Positions 1-13,960 of a stretch of DNA of 64,000 bases are shown here, piece by piece. The stretch is from the NCBI GenBank assembly GCA_013265495.1, contig MU058423.1:7115449-7179448 (forward strand), in the 5' to 3' direction. Made by a program: the position numbers and the translations under genes. Each line of letters opens with the position of its first letter. The first letter of the stretch is position 1. This DNA comes from Vicugna vicugna. Lineage: Eukaryota. The notes beneath the pieces are model-generated. The model saw only the letters and a list, made by a program, of their open reading frames with translations, was not told the DNA's origin and ran no database searches.

Positions 1-363
1 TACCATCATCGAATGTATCCTTCTTCAAAAAGTCACTTCCTAAACACCCTATGACATTTTGATATTACTTCTATCACATCAAGATCTATTTATTTGTATT
101 TAGTATTTTTGTATGTATTCTTCTTAGGAAACATAACGATAACCCTTCCTGAATCATATTCCTGTTATAAAATTTGTTTAGACCAACACTTTTTTGAATA
201 TCTTCATCAAATATTTTGACAAAATTAATAGATATCTTTTCTTTTTACACGGATATTCATGGGAATATAAGATGTGCTCAGTGCTCAGTTGCTTTTCTCT
301 CTCTTTTTTAATTTTTGGCAACTTATTCAATTTATTTATAAGAGCTAGGATCAGCCTACCTAC

Positions 364-736
364 TGTCTTAGTCTGTTCTGGCTGCTATAACAAAACAAAA
401 ACAAAAACAAAAACAAAAACAAAAACAAAACACACACACTGTAGCAAATAAACAACAGAGTTCATTTCTTACAGTTCTGAAGCCTGGAAGTCAGATATCA
501 GGGTGCCAGAATGATGGGGGAGGGCCCTCCTTTGGGTAATGGACTTTTCATTGTATCCTCACCTGGCAGAAAGGGGTCTCTGGAGCGTCTTTTATAAGTG
601 ACTAGTTCCATTCATGAATGTTCCATCTTTGTGATTTAAGCATCTCCCAGAGGCTCCACCTACAAATAACATCACCTTTGAGGGTTAGGACTTTAACATT
701 TGAATTTCAAGGGGCACAGACATTCAAACCATAGCC
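364..736 (-). mobile_element. MaLR solo LTR (MLT1A-like)
   Basis: tgtcttagtctgttctggctgctataacaaaa ... ttcttacagttctgaagcctggaagtc ... cattcaaaccatagc follows the MLT1A consensus in reverse. Confidence 0.8.
388..438. repeat. (AAAAC/AAAAAC)n microsatellite expanded inside the MLT1 LTR
   Basis: aacaaaacaaaaacaaaaacaaaaac...cacacac seen directly. Confidence 0.85.
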
Positions 737-764
737 CATAGCCCCCACTTATCTAAGGAAATTG

Positions 765-940
765 TTCTTACAGTGTAGTCCCTGGACCAGAGCATCAGCA
801 GCACATGGGACTTTTCAGAAATGCAACATCTTGTCTTCACCTCTGTTACCTAATTGAAACTGTAGGAGTGGGGCCCAGTCTGTGTTTTAACAAACTCTCT
901 CTAGTTCTGGTGCCTGCTGATGTTTGTGAAGCCCTGTTCT
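765..940. mobile_element. MER5A-like hAT-Charlie MITE
   Basis: gtccctggaccagagcatcagcagcacatgggacttttcagaaatgcaa...gtggggcccagtctgtgttttaacaa. Confidence 0.75.
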
Positions 941-952
941 AGTCTAGAGTGG

Positions 953-1117
953 ACAATGCTATTCAAACTTCAATGTGCGCGTGAATCACATCAGTATCTT
1001 GTTAAAAATGTAGATTTTGATTCAATAGGTCTGGGATGGGTCTTGAGACATGACATTACTGGCAAATGTCCAGATGATGGCAGTGCTGCTGGTCAATGGG
1101 CCATACTTCAAACAGCA
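953..1117. mobile_element. MER5A/MER5A1-like MITE, opposite orientation to the previous copy
   Basis: tcaaacttcaatgtgcgcgtgaatcac...cttgttaaaaatgtagattttgattcaataggtctgggatggg...tgctgctggtc. Confidence 0.7.
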
Positions 1118-4100
1118 AAGTTCAAAAGCATTTTGGCTGAGAATAAGACCAGCATAGTTTGAATATGATCTACTCTGTAGGAAACAAATTATAGCTAAAA
1201 TTTTCAGTGAATGATTTAAGAGCCAATTTTTTTTCAATGTAATAATACAAATAACTAGTTTCCAGTAAATAATTACTGGCAGTTTTACTCACATCATAGA
1301 TATTTTCATTTAGAGGCACATTGATACAGATTTTTGGCTGAATATTTTAAACTGATTTTTGAGCTGAAACTTTTTGACAAAACCACAACAATTTACATCT
1401 TGTATGAGAAAGTTATGGAAGACTTTTTGTATATGCCAATATTTCAAAAACTGTTCATCCCAATTTTCTAATTTCTAATAATTATATATATAATATAAAT
1501 AATTATAGTTAACCAAGTATAGTCCAATAACAATCTTGCATAAAGGAACATTTCAGAAAACTCTGAACTACTATGCTAAAAATTTAAATAAATTCTTTAT
1601 ATGATTACATTATATTTTTAAACAGTTTGAAAATCATTTATAAATAAATGTTCTCCAGTATTTTGATTGAGTTTGACTAACTTCCTCTCTCTGATTACTT
1701 TCAAATGTGACTTTAGCACACGTATTTTAAAAATGAATTATTTACTGTGAAATACTAACTTAAATATTGAGAGAATCTCTTTTTGCAATATTTTTTGACA
1801 TTGTTTAAAATGTTAGTTTATCACGAACAGTCTTGCTTTATTATTACACACATGTCAAGAAAGTTTGTTCTCTATATTACAGTTCTATAAAAGTATTAAT
1901 ACAAATAGCTAGTATTAAATAAAAGATAATACAGATACTACTTGCATATAATATTGTTTACCCACTATTTTAGTTTTACACCAAATGTAATATTAATTCA
2001 TGCAAAGCTGCACGTAAACAAAGAAGTGAAAATCTTGTTGCAAAAATGTGCACATAAGATTCTTTCAAAACTATTTTGAAGCCATGTGGATAGATCATTG
2101 TTTAGCAACATAAAATCCAGTGTTATTTATCACTTCAGCATTATCGTACCAATCATATTTGTACAAATTGTTTAGTAGTTTCCCTTATGTAATATAAATT
2201 TATTGTCAAAGACAGCCATTTTTCCTCAGACTTTTTCAGTCTGTTCTCTCATGTATCTTTCAACAAGCTTTGAGACATTGATCATGCATGTATTTTGTCT
2301 CTAAGGAATATTAGAAGTATAATAAATACCTACCCTTGAGAAGCATGCAGTCTGCTTGGAGACACATGACACTGTTAAGGAACATCGCTTTCACTCCTAA
2401 ACAAAATGGTTTTTATACTCTATTGCTCTGACAAGTGAAACATGAGAGCATGAAATAAAAGCACCTATCCTTTCTCTGGTATGCAGTGGTAGAACATATA
2501 GGAAAGCAATGTCTTAATTTCTTTCATGTTTAGAAGGAAAGATTCAGGTAGAGGGATAGAACCAAGCTCCTCTTCCTGCAGATTAATCAATTCATTTTCA
2601 ATGTAATCAGAAAATATATTTCATATATATGTGAAAATAAATGACAAAATATATATACATTCACAAGACACATTGATTATGGATCGAGCACTTGGAATGT
2701 TCATGTTTAAAGTCTGCTAATCTCATGCCAATGTCAAAATATATTTACCCTATTTTTAAAAAATTAGGTGATTAAGATTTGTAACATGACTACTATAAGA
2801 TACATTCTAGTCGGAGAAAAGTCAAAACTCAGTGCTACTGTGAAGTGAAAAACATGTTAACATTTATCTATGTGTCTTTTCACAGATTGCAGTACGTACA
2901 CACCCCCATTCACAGAAATTTGTTGTCCCTGCTTTTCACCAGCGACATCAAAGGACAGTCGCTTTTGATCAGTGACATTATTATTTTTAAATTAATGACA
3001 TGAAATTATTTGGTAATTAATGTTTATTTTATTAGTGTAGAGCCATTAAAATTACTTAGGATTAATCAATTAATATTAAGGATATATACTTAAATAAAGA
3101 AAAATGTTGATGCTATGAATTCTTTATATGATCTATTAAAAATCAAAGAAAGCCATTAATAGTCGTTTCATTTTACCCCAGGTGACATTATTTAGATCTA
3201 AGTTCACTGTTTTAAAGAGTTATAATATTTTACAAAGAATGCCTTTCTCCTGAAATGTTGTACTCAACCTAGAAATAGTCTTACTTTAGCGAAAGAAAGC
3301 TGTGAAAATGATCCTATTTTGAAACAAAGACTTTTTTCAAACTCAGTGTACAAAGAATTGATGTTTGAAAATAGACTAATGTAAATAATGTATTTATTTA
3401 ACTAATCAACATACTGTGAGAGGTACACCTGCCATCATTAAAAATGTTGTTATTAAAGTGATCATTTCTCTTTGTTTATCCAGAAGAATGAGAATCTCTC
3501 TGCCTATACCTATTACACGTTTTGAAATTTGAACTTGATGCTAATGGTTTCGAGTAGGACGAATAATCCATAATGCCGCCTAAACAAGCACTAAATATCT
3601 AAAACAGGAACCTCACAGAGTTGTTTACTTTAAGTACTTGTTTAACAGTTTCATTTATTTCTTCAATCATGACAAAGACAGCATCCTTTATAGAAAGTGG
3701 TAACATAGTAGATTTGCTCTCAGTGCTCAATAAACATTATGCTTCCAAGAAAACCTATTGGGAAAAACTGGTCCTGATGACGTCTAAAATTGACCATTTC
3801 ACCTTGTTTCCTTTACGTGATGCAATTGAGAAGTAAAATGCCATTGTTAGTAAGAGTTGTGTTTCTTTCACATTCTTTTCAGTTAAAAGCTGAGACCACC
3901 ACTAGAGGACACTGTCTATCTCTGTTATCCTAGTCTTGATGTGTAGGAAATTGAATTAAAAACAGATCACCAAAAAGAGGGAGAAATATTCATTTGTCAC
4001 ATACTGAAGCACCAACATTTTTACAAAAATAAAAATGCAAACCTATATGAATATTCTTTTTTAAAAGATAGATGCTAATAAAATATTTAAAAGTAGAAAA

Positions 4101-4248
4101 TTCAGATTGCAGTTGTACAATTTTCTCTTGGTCTCAGGTATAGCTATAGAATTACATTAAAGAGATAAATACATATACAACCATATATAAAATCAATATA
4201 ATTCAAGGAATATTTATGACATTTAATGTTTAATATTTGTGATTTCAG

Positions 4249-4302
4249 GGACCACCTGGGAAGGATGGCCTGCCGGGACACCCAGGGCAACGTGGGGAGA
4301 CT
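4249..4302 (+). CDS. COL11A1: COL11A1 exon (~37), 54 nt, GPPGKDGLPGHPGQRGET
   Basis: tttcag|GGA...ACT|gtaagt; Gly-X-Y. Confidence 0.96.
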
Positions 4303-6309
4303 GTAAGTGACCCCATTCTTCTAAATCAAATTTTCCATCTCTAGCACCTCATCATGTCATAGAAACCTCCTTTATTGTTAACAGGTCAATTACCAGGTTA
4401 AAGACAATGGAGAAATTTCACTCAACCTTTTTAAAAATATTTTTTAAATACATAAAGAGATCCATGTTTGTATCCAAACACCTAAATGAATATACTTGAG
4501 GACGGGGATGTTACTTGATTTTATTTTCCTTATTTTCAATAGCAGCACTTTAGGGATGAGCTGATGGAAAGACCTCATTATCTTTTGGATACCTCCACAA
4601 GTTTGTCAGCCATGACCCTTTCACTGAAGTCTTTTTTACAGATATATTCCACCCTTCACCCTTCCACTTCTAAAGGAGACACAATACAATAAGCCATGTG
4701 GTTAACACATTCTTCTATCCAGAATTAAGGGATGAAATATTTACTGATACTGGAACCATAAGGCTATAATTGGTCTGGAACTGTGTCAAATGCATCCTCT
4801 CCTCTCAAGTAGAAAAATGTAAATGGGAAAAATGTAATAATTTTATTTTAAAATTATAAGGCAAAGAGCATTAACAAAATTGAACAATACGTATCACAGT
4901 GATTTGGGCAGAGGGGAAGCTGGAAGCTCAGCTGCGGTTTAAGAGTCCTGTGGTTTTGCTTATTTGTTCTGCCGCTGTTACAAGCCTATGTGTCTGGCTG
5001 TTGCTGTGGGGTGGTGGTCTCATCAGAAATCATTACGGATTAGCATGTCTCCTTGGAATCGATTCTTGGTTCCTACCATTGATTGATTTTATCCAGATTT
5101 CTTAAGGAAACCGAAACACAGGCTACCTTTGACTATGTGGCTCAAAATTAATTTTAAGGCATTCTGCCAGCATGAACACATAGCTGGAGTTCCGCTGAAA
5201 AGCCCAGTGAAAATCTGAAAAACATGGTGATTTTCTGCATAGGAGAAACAGTGTCAGCAGCAGCCAATTCCTGTTTTGTTCACCAAGTGACAATTCTTAC
5301 TGTAATAGCTTCTCCGCTTCAGTCAGATTGTAAACTTCAAAGTCTTGGGTTACAGAAGCAGAATCAAAAATGATTTAGTGAGACCAAAGAGTATACTTGT
5401 TTGGGTTTCCTCTTGGGGATGACATCGGCATGAAGAGCATAAAATAAACTCTGTAAGGGATAATCCTCATGCAAATTTGCAGATATATTCTCATTCAAAT
5501 CTTGCAGTCAATCATTTTTAACTAAGTCGTGGTGGAGCTTCTTGGGAATAACTCTAGAATATTTACAGTGTCTTTTGAGGAAGGAGTACCTAGAGATTTA
5601 TCATTATAAAATCCCTTTTGTCTTCAATTTAATCAAGAGTTTCTGCTTCTATCCAAAGTAACCATGTTATATATAACATTTAAAGTTAAACAAAGTGGAA
5701 AAATAGCATATTAGCTAATGATCCTCGGATGGATATTCTAGTCTAGTAGTTTCTCATAAACAAAGACTAGAATTACTTCTGGTAAATTGTGTTCCTGATT
5801 TCAAGTCCACTTTTAAGAGCAGTAGCGAATCACCAGGATTCACAGCCAGGAACCTTTCTTTCTTACCTAATTCTGTGCTGACTGGGTTTTTAAAGATTGC
5901 CTTGTACAAGAGTCAGAATCTAGGGCAGCTGTATTTTGATATATATGTCTTTACTTATTTTAAAGAAGAAATTATTTTGTTATATTTGAGATTTGTCCCC
6001 AGACAGAAATCCTTGAATCAAAGTTTCATTCTGATGTCTTACAATTTAAAGCTTTTTAAGGCCACTAGGAATAATTAAGAGATAGCCTTTATTGTGCTGA
6101 AACAGCCCACATTTATTGCAGAAACAGTGTTAAACTGTGCATTGATCCTAAAATTAACTCAGTCCCTTACAGGTGATCAGAATAGGTGTTACATTTCTAT
6201 TACCCATGTATCAAATTAATTTCTGTTTCCAGGAATTTTGGAAAACATAGTTTAACTTGTTATCCTAGTATTAAATGGCTTGTAAAATATTGAACAAGCA
6301 CACTCAATT

Positions 6310-6432
6310 CTGTTTGTTTTGGGAGGGTAATTAGGTTTTTATTTACTTATTTGTTTATGGCGGTACCAGGGATTGAACCCAGGACCTCGTGCATGATAAG
6401 CATACACTCTGCTGCTCATCTCTACTCCTCTT
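6310..6432 (-). mobile_element. tRNA-derived SINE, camelid Vic-type
   Basis: ggtaccagggattgaacccaggacctcgtgcatgataagcatacactct; B-box GGTTCAATCCC on minus strand; A-rich tail with taattacc motif. Confidence 0.75.
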
Positions 6433-6819
6433 CTCAATTCTGAACTATAAAAATTTTCTTGTACATAGTTTGTTTGCAAGATCTCTAGTGTCAGATTTAT
6501 TAGATACTTGCAAACACTCTGATTGTTTTGAATGAGTAGACATATGGACAGTGCTGTTTTCCAGTGCCTCCCAAATCTGTCATCCACTCCGATATGCTAG
6601 CACCCTCTTAGAATACATGAGTACAAGGTTGCAAATTTTCCACAGAATTTCCTTGGGTAAGTATATATTTTTAATCAGTTGATCTTCATAATTAATTATT
6701 ATCATTATCATTTTGTGTGCTATTCTTGCTCTCACAGTTACTAGGAAAAACACTTTATAAGACTAATTTTTTTTTAAGTTCTGAATTGTGTTTACGTCTT
6801 CATGTCAAACTCGGTGATT

Positions 6820-7490
6820 AGAACTTGGGCAAAGATAATCCAGACAGAGGAACAGGCCATACAAACATGTGGTTCAGGGAAAGTTGAGAAAATCAGCATG
6901 GCTAGAATTTAGCACATATCTTCAAAGCAAAGAGGTAACTGGAGCATCAGACTGGGCCCAGACTGTGCAGACTTGGTCACGGATATTTCATGATACATGC
7001 TTAGCAATGAGTTGAACAGATTTGCTTTCGTGAGATGACGACAAGTGGGCAAGTGAGTGAACGTGACTTGAAAAACTGCAGTGGTCAAGGAAAGCGGTGA
7101 GTACAGTTTGAGTCAAACATGTCTGCTAGACAAGAGAGAAGAAGCTGGACTTGAGGGGGTTTCCGAGATGACCCGGTAGGGTTAAATGACTGAGCCTGAG
7201 GACTGAAGGAGAGCCTGAGATCTGCAGGCACTGCTTAAAAAGGGAGAGAACAGAGGGGGAGAATCAAAGGAGAGGATTCATTTAGTGAGAACAATCTCGA
7301 GAATGTTAAGTCGAGAAGGCATGAAATACAATTGGAAATGTCAAGTAGGCACTTACTGGCGGAGTTTCAGAACTCAGCAGAGGTTAGACATTGAGAAATA
7401 GGTGGTTGCAGAGAAGTTGGTCAGCTTATAGGTAGCAGTTGCCATGGAACTTCTTGAGATCATCTAAGGAGTAGTTAGGGTGTAGGACTA
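6820..7490 (-). mobile_element. Degraded LINE-2 fragment
   Basis: Purine-rich L2-like phrases (gataatccagacagaggaacaggc...; caattggaaatgtcaagtaggcac...; gaacttcttgagatcatctaagga). Confidence 0.5.
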
Positions 7491-8787
7491 AACGCTGTAA
7501 ACAAATGGTAAGTAACAGCAAGCTGTTAGCTCTCAGTAGAAAAGAAAAAAGTACTGTGTATATAATATAAATGTATATATGTGTTTATATGTGTGTATAT
7601 GCAAACTTGCAAACCAGTAAGTTCCTGAGAAGTTAAAATTAAGCAGTCAAGCTACTATTCCCTTTATAAATTACTAAATAAATTCTATGAGATATTTCCC
7701 TTGAATTGATTTATTTTGCTATGGTGAGTAATAGCTCAGGTGAAAACCTGATGGTCTTAAGAATTCATTCTTTTATTTAAAAAATAGGAGAAATCTGTTT
7801 TCTTTCCCTGTAGCATCAATTAAAATAATTACAAATACAGAATATTTTCCTACTTTTAAGTTTGTTTTTGTAAATAATTTAATCATAATTATCAGGAAGG
7901 TTGTGGTTCACACGTGGGGCCAGTTTCTGCCCTTTGCTTTCTAACTTTCTTATTTCCAGTTTGATGTTATAATGAATAACTGCGTTGCAAATACTATTTG
8001 CTTTAATTCAGTTATTTGGCAAGTTTTTCTCTCAGTATTTTGAGTCTATTTCTCCAACTATTAAATGTAAATTAATTCACGTGAGAAATAAACTTGCGAT
8101 CATAGTATGGTCATGCAGAATGAATAACCCACGAGTCTCGAGACATACAGTTACCAGAATATATGCCCAAAGTCCTTGTTAGTGAATACATGCACTCACA
8201 TCTACTGGAGTTTATTTTAATGACCACATTGTATGCAAGGTACATTTGTAAGTATATTCTTTTGGGTTTTAGGGAAGAACACTGATTAAATGCTGAAATG
8301 ATTACAAATCATGCAACGTATTCTTTTTACAAATTTATTTTTGTATCTTGCTTATTTTGGAATGCAGGAAAGAGAAACGCATTAATATCACAGACTGTAG
8401 AGTTATCTCTGTATAGAGAACCAATGGATTGTTTCCAAAAAATCTAAATTATCATTTATTTCATCTGTAAACGTTTCTAGGTTAAACTTTCTACGTTGTC
8501 TGACATAGTGAAAGAGGACTAAGAACATATTTTTGCTCCAGCGTCATCCCATTTTCTTATTTCCTTTTTTAAGCTTGTTGAAAGTAATTGTAGGACTACA
8601 GTGTGAAATAGATGATAAATTTTAAAGAGAACTAGAATGTAATAATTCATAAACATATAAAAATAAGTACTTTTAATCAAAAGATGGCTTTCTTTTAATG
8701 TGGATTATTCAACTATCTCGGAGAATTTAAATTTATATTTTGTGTCCTGTATAGATTTTTTATGGATTACATTTTTTTTCCCCTTAG

Positions 8788-8841
8788 GGATTTCAAGGCA
8801 AGACTGGCCCTCCTGGTCCAGGAGGTGTCGTTGGACCACAG
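8788..8841 (+). CDS. COL11A1: COL11A1 exon (~38), 54 nt, GFQGKTGPPGPGGVVGPQ
   Basis: cccttag|GGA...CAG|gtacat. Confidence 0.96.
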
Positions 8842-11563
8842 GTACATTCCATTCCATTATTTCCCTAACAAGATTTATTGTTTACTGTTTATGTTGTCAC
8901 CTTTCCTAAGTTGTGTCAAATTTGCTTATTTTATTATTATTGAAAATGATGTATTTTTACACTTCAGATGGCATTTAAATATATGTAACTTGCCTACATC
9001 AAATGAACTCTAGCAAATCATTAACTAAAGCAATTTTTCAATTGCCTAAATGAATAAAAGAAAAGAATAAAATAATAAAATAAGTAATGAAAATAAGTCA
9101 GAATGCTCACAACAAAGTTAACACAAAAGCCTGATCATGGCATCACCTGCTAAAAACACCAGAATACTTTTTAAATAGATTGGCTGTCATGTTTTTTGGG
9201 GATTTCAAATTTTAAAAGATGACTTCAGTGTTGAGTATAAATTAGATTTAGAGGTACAGTATATTAGAAATATAATATAAAAGCCTTTAACACAGTTGTC
9301 TTCTAAAATTTTAATGTCTGTAATATATTGCATGATTTTTAAAATGTTTGTCTTCATAGCAATGATTTCCATCAGTGATAAAATACTAGTTTGTAATCTT
9401 TGAGTATATCGAAATAATGGCAAAGACAAGTAGCTTTTTCAACAGAGGTGGCAGAAAGAATCTCAAAAATTGATGCAGTATCCTGAATTACAGCACTAAA
9501 CAGTTATAGAAAATAATTCCTGGGGGTAGAAAACAGTGTTTATACTCTGGCATAGTGTATTGAATGGACAAGACACGTTTGGTTTACTCAGCTGGAATTG
9601 TCCACTGGTAATAACAAATTATAGCAAAAGTTGAATTAAGTGTTTTGATTATTTAATTGATTGACATACTCTTTTCTTGGCTTATAACTAGTTCTTAATA
9701 CTTCTTATCTCAAACACAAACACACACAGAAACAAAAACTGCATCTTCTTTCTAGAAATACATGTGATAAAAGCAAAAAACAAAGAATTTTTGAATTGGT
9801 TGATTTCTTTAATTTCAGAGATCAATTCTGAACCAAGAGAACTGCTGTTTGCTACTTTATAAAGAAAACACATGCTCGTGGTACTCATTTTGCGTACTTT
9901 TGTGTATGCATGTGCCATGTCTTCCTTTTAACTGCTTATTGGTTTTATTAAAAAAAAAATTCCCTTCCCAAATACTTTTAATTCTTTTTATTCAAAACAA
10001 CTTCACAACAATTTTCTGTGAAAAAAAATTAACTTAACAATTTCTTATTAAATCCCTATTAGATTACTTATTTATGAGCAGCAATAGAGTTAGAGTCCCA
10101 TCTTGAATGTAAACATCTTGGGACTTAATTGACTATTTCAGGACCTCACGCTTTTTGAAAATTTCTCTCTGCCTAATGCAGACATCTGGTTTCTGAGACC
10201 TGTGTTCTTTTTTTGTCTCCCTACTTTAAGGCATGAAAATAGCAGGTATTTTATTGAGTATGCATCTTCATTGGATTATTTTTCTTTATCAGTCCTTTTA
10301 AGAAAGTAAATTCTACAGCCTGTTCCAAATGTAACCATATTTTTATGTTAGGACAAAGGAAGTGATTTAATAGAGGCAGTATTGATTGTACTACTGGGTA
10401 TTCACTGTTTTGTTGTTTTTTTTTTGGACAGGCATGTGAATCACTGCTAATTTTTGTCTCAGTGGTGATAGCCATTAAATTAGGATCAATTTTTACCTTC
10501 CTTTCTGTTGAAATTCTGATCAGATATTTAAGGAAAAATTCCTTTTGAGAGGAAATGTTTGTGCATTAATGATATGTTGGGGACATTCAGCAATACATAA
10601 TTAAAGGAATTTAAACCTAGAACTGTACACTCAAATTTGGGGCAGATGCGTTCTTTATCCAAGACCAAAAGGTAAGAATCTTTGGCACTTTTAGAAAAAC
10701 AGCAGAAAATAATATTCCATAAGCAGCTTCAGTAACACATTCCACTGTTTAACAACCTTAGCATTTGGAAAATTTCCCTTTATATATTGCTAACTTAAAT
10801 CCTTCATTTTGCTTTATTCTAAGTGGAAATAGAGAGCAACTGGTCACCATTCTCTATTTACACTTGAAAGCTTATTAAACTAGCACCACAAAACAGCACT
10901 ACTCAGGGGACACGTAGATGACCTGGCATTTTTCACACTGGCATTTGCAGCAATTTAGGCAGTGGGCTATTTGTTGTGGCTTTCGGCTAGGAGGAACTGC
11001 CAACCGCAACTCAGTCTTTGGGATCCTCCTGCCTCATTATTTAGATTCTGTCAAATGAATATAGATTAACAATAGGGATGTCTCCAGTCATGGAAATTCC
11101 GAGGAGAATCATTTTCATTGTTTGGGTTCCAGGGAACCTGGGCTTATAATCAAGCAGTGATTCACTGAGTAGCTACCAGCGGGATACCAATGCCTCTTTT
11201 ACTCCTAAACTCATTTGACACCTTACATAAAAAAGAAGGAATCGGATGAATTTGTAGGTAAAAAACAGTTTTAACAATACTTGGACTGTCCTCACTCTGA
11301 AACAATTCTGGCATTAAATAAAGAAAACAGCTCTTTGAATTTATCTATATATTTCCCTTGTGTGCTCAGATTTTAACCAAGATTGTGCATAATCCATTCA
11401 GACTCCCACCAGATATACTACTTCCACCGCTTTATGTGAAATGTTTTGTAGAACATCGTGAAAATAATGGAAAATGATAAACTTTTGTGAAAGGGTTTTG
11501 GTTCTGTGTTATCGTTGCCAAAAATAAAAGAGCAAGCTAATGAAGTTTGTTTATCTCATTTAG

Positions 11564-11725
<162 letters not shown>

Positions 11726-12032
11726 TAGCTTCTCATTACTTGTCCATAGATTCTCTAAATGTTGGCATAGTATTTAAATGAATGTTAGATATGTCAGTGA
11801 AATACTCAGTTTATTGTACTTCAAGGCATGACTGAACAATGATATAGGAACAGTTAGCTCCACTGACCATAAAACCATCCATTTATACACAATCTTAAAT
11901 TTAGATAGTAGTTAGTTCATTTTAGTGTATAGGACATTGCTCTCAGCATTATGCTCTCATCGTTAAATCATATTCAGGCTTTCCTCGCAGTAGGTTAGAG
12001 GTGGTCACAGTTTGGTTTGTGGAAACATGTAG

Positions 12033-12164
<132 letters not shown>

Positions 12165-12418
12165 TAATTAGCATGTTAACAAAGCATGTGAATAAAAGTG
12201 CTTATTAGAAGCAATATCTTAGGTCTTAACTAAATAAAGGTTTATGAGTAATTATGGGGAAATGTGTAAGCATCTGCATTGATTATCATAATACATATAG
12301 CAAGATACATTTGTGTCTGGAAACAATTCCTGACATCCTCATTTTATCAGTCGTACGTCTCCTTCTATTTATATTCAACTCACATTGATGCGTTTTCTTT
12401 GCTTTTCACGTTTCCCAG

Positions 12419-12472
12419 GGTGCACCTGGACTGAAAGGAGGAGAAGGTCCCCAGGGCCCACCAGGTCCAGTT
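12419..12472 (+). CDS. COL11A1: COL11A1 exon (~41), 54 nt, [18 protein letters not shown]
   Basis: tttcccag|GGT...GTT|gtaagt. Confidence 0.96.
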
Positions 12473-13179
12473 GTAAGTATGATTATAATAAATAGCCGTG
12501 CTATCCATGGTTGCGAATTACAGCTCTTCTTTCATTACTCGCATGCTGTGATCCCACAGTGTGTGGGAGAGAAAATAAACACATGTCAATCAAGTCAGTC
12601 AATGCCTGGTTTCTACTAATTGCAGGCTCTAATGAGTGCAGAAACAGAAGAGTTTATATGATTGAAAATATTTACTTCACCACTGCTGTCAGGAGGTAAA
12701 AAGGAGCTATCTTATTCTTACAGTACCTGAGGAAATAAATCATAATTTGTCTCATTCTTGGTACTTGATGAGACTTGAATTTTATACTTATTTAAAAAAT
12801 TCCAGGAGCGTGAAAGGCATATATCCACTTTGTATATTATCCAGATTGCTTTATTTAGTCAAAGTAATGATTGGCAAATGAGTAAATACCAGATTTTTAC
12901 CTCATCTTTTCTTTTCTTGAGGTGCATATCAATCCCTTAGAAAGCAATAGAATACAGCCTTCATTTTTTCCCCATAAATCTGCGTTCGTTCTTATCTGTT
13001 CTCTGTAAAGTTAACAATAACAGCCAAACTGCCAATTTCAGTGGTCTCATCTCTTCCTCCATTTTATTTCACCGAAATAAAAAGTTGGTCATTTTTCCCT
13101 TCTGGGATGGCCAGCTCCCAATTCTCAGGAGTGTACTATCTTTCACTACATTTTTTTTTTCACTTCACTAATAAAATCA

Positions 13180-13960
13180 TGTTTATATCAAATCTTAAAA
13201 AAATAAAATAAAAAGCTGAATGTTGCCGTAAATAGTTTCTCAATTCCTTACGTATCATGCTGAAGTCATATTAGTTCTACCTCCAGAATATTTCTTTAAT
13301 TTGTCCCCTTTTCTTCACTTCCACTCCCATCACCTTTGTTCAGACTCTTTCCTTTCTCTCATGTTTACTAGTACCTTAACTTATCCCCTTGGCTTAATTT
13401 CTTATCCTCCTCTGTTAGTTTTGCCCACTGATTCTAGAATGATAGCTTTAATATAAATCCTTACCTATGACATTGTTCTGCTTATATATATAGATATGCC
13501 TCATGGTCCCATGCTGCCTTTGCAAACCAACCCCTTATTATAACCAACAGTTATCTTCAAAATTCGATGCCAATCACAATAGTCTATTTTATTTTTCTTA
13601 AAGCCTCCGTTTTAATTCTGTCTAGCCTAATGCATTTAACGTCTTCCTTCCCAAGCCACCATGAGCTTTTATACTTTGCAGAGAAGATATACTTTTCTTC
13701 TTCCAGAAAACCCCATTTTTCCCTTCTCTATCTGGAAAAAAAATCCTACTCATCTGTATAGATCAAGCTGAAATGTTAAATCTCTAAAGTCATCTTCGGA
13801 CAACTTGCCTCCATTTTATCTATTAGTGAAATTTCTTCACCCTATGTGCTCTCTGTTATGATGTTTATTTTAGAAATTGCATTGGAGTGTAACTGATTGT
13901 CTCTCTTATTAGACTGTGTGTTCCTTGTAGTATTATTTTGGTTACCTTCACAGTATAATG
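13180..13960 (+). mobile_element. Degraded LINE-2 3' region
   Basis: Pyrimidine-rich L2-like tract ending gattgtctctcttattagactgtgtgttccttg. Confidence 0.45.

Noticed and set aside
194..451. 85-aa ORF with (TK)n repeat
   Set aside because: Translation of the AAAAAC microsatellite within an MLT1 LTR.
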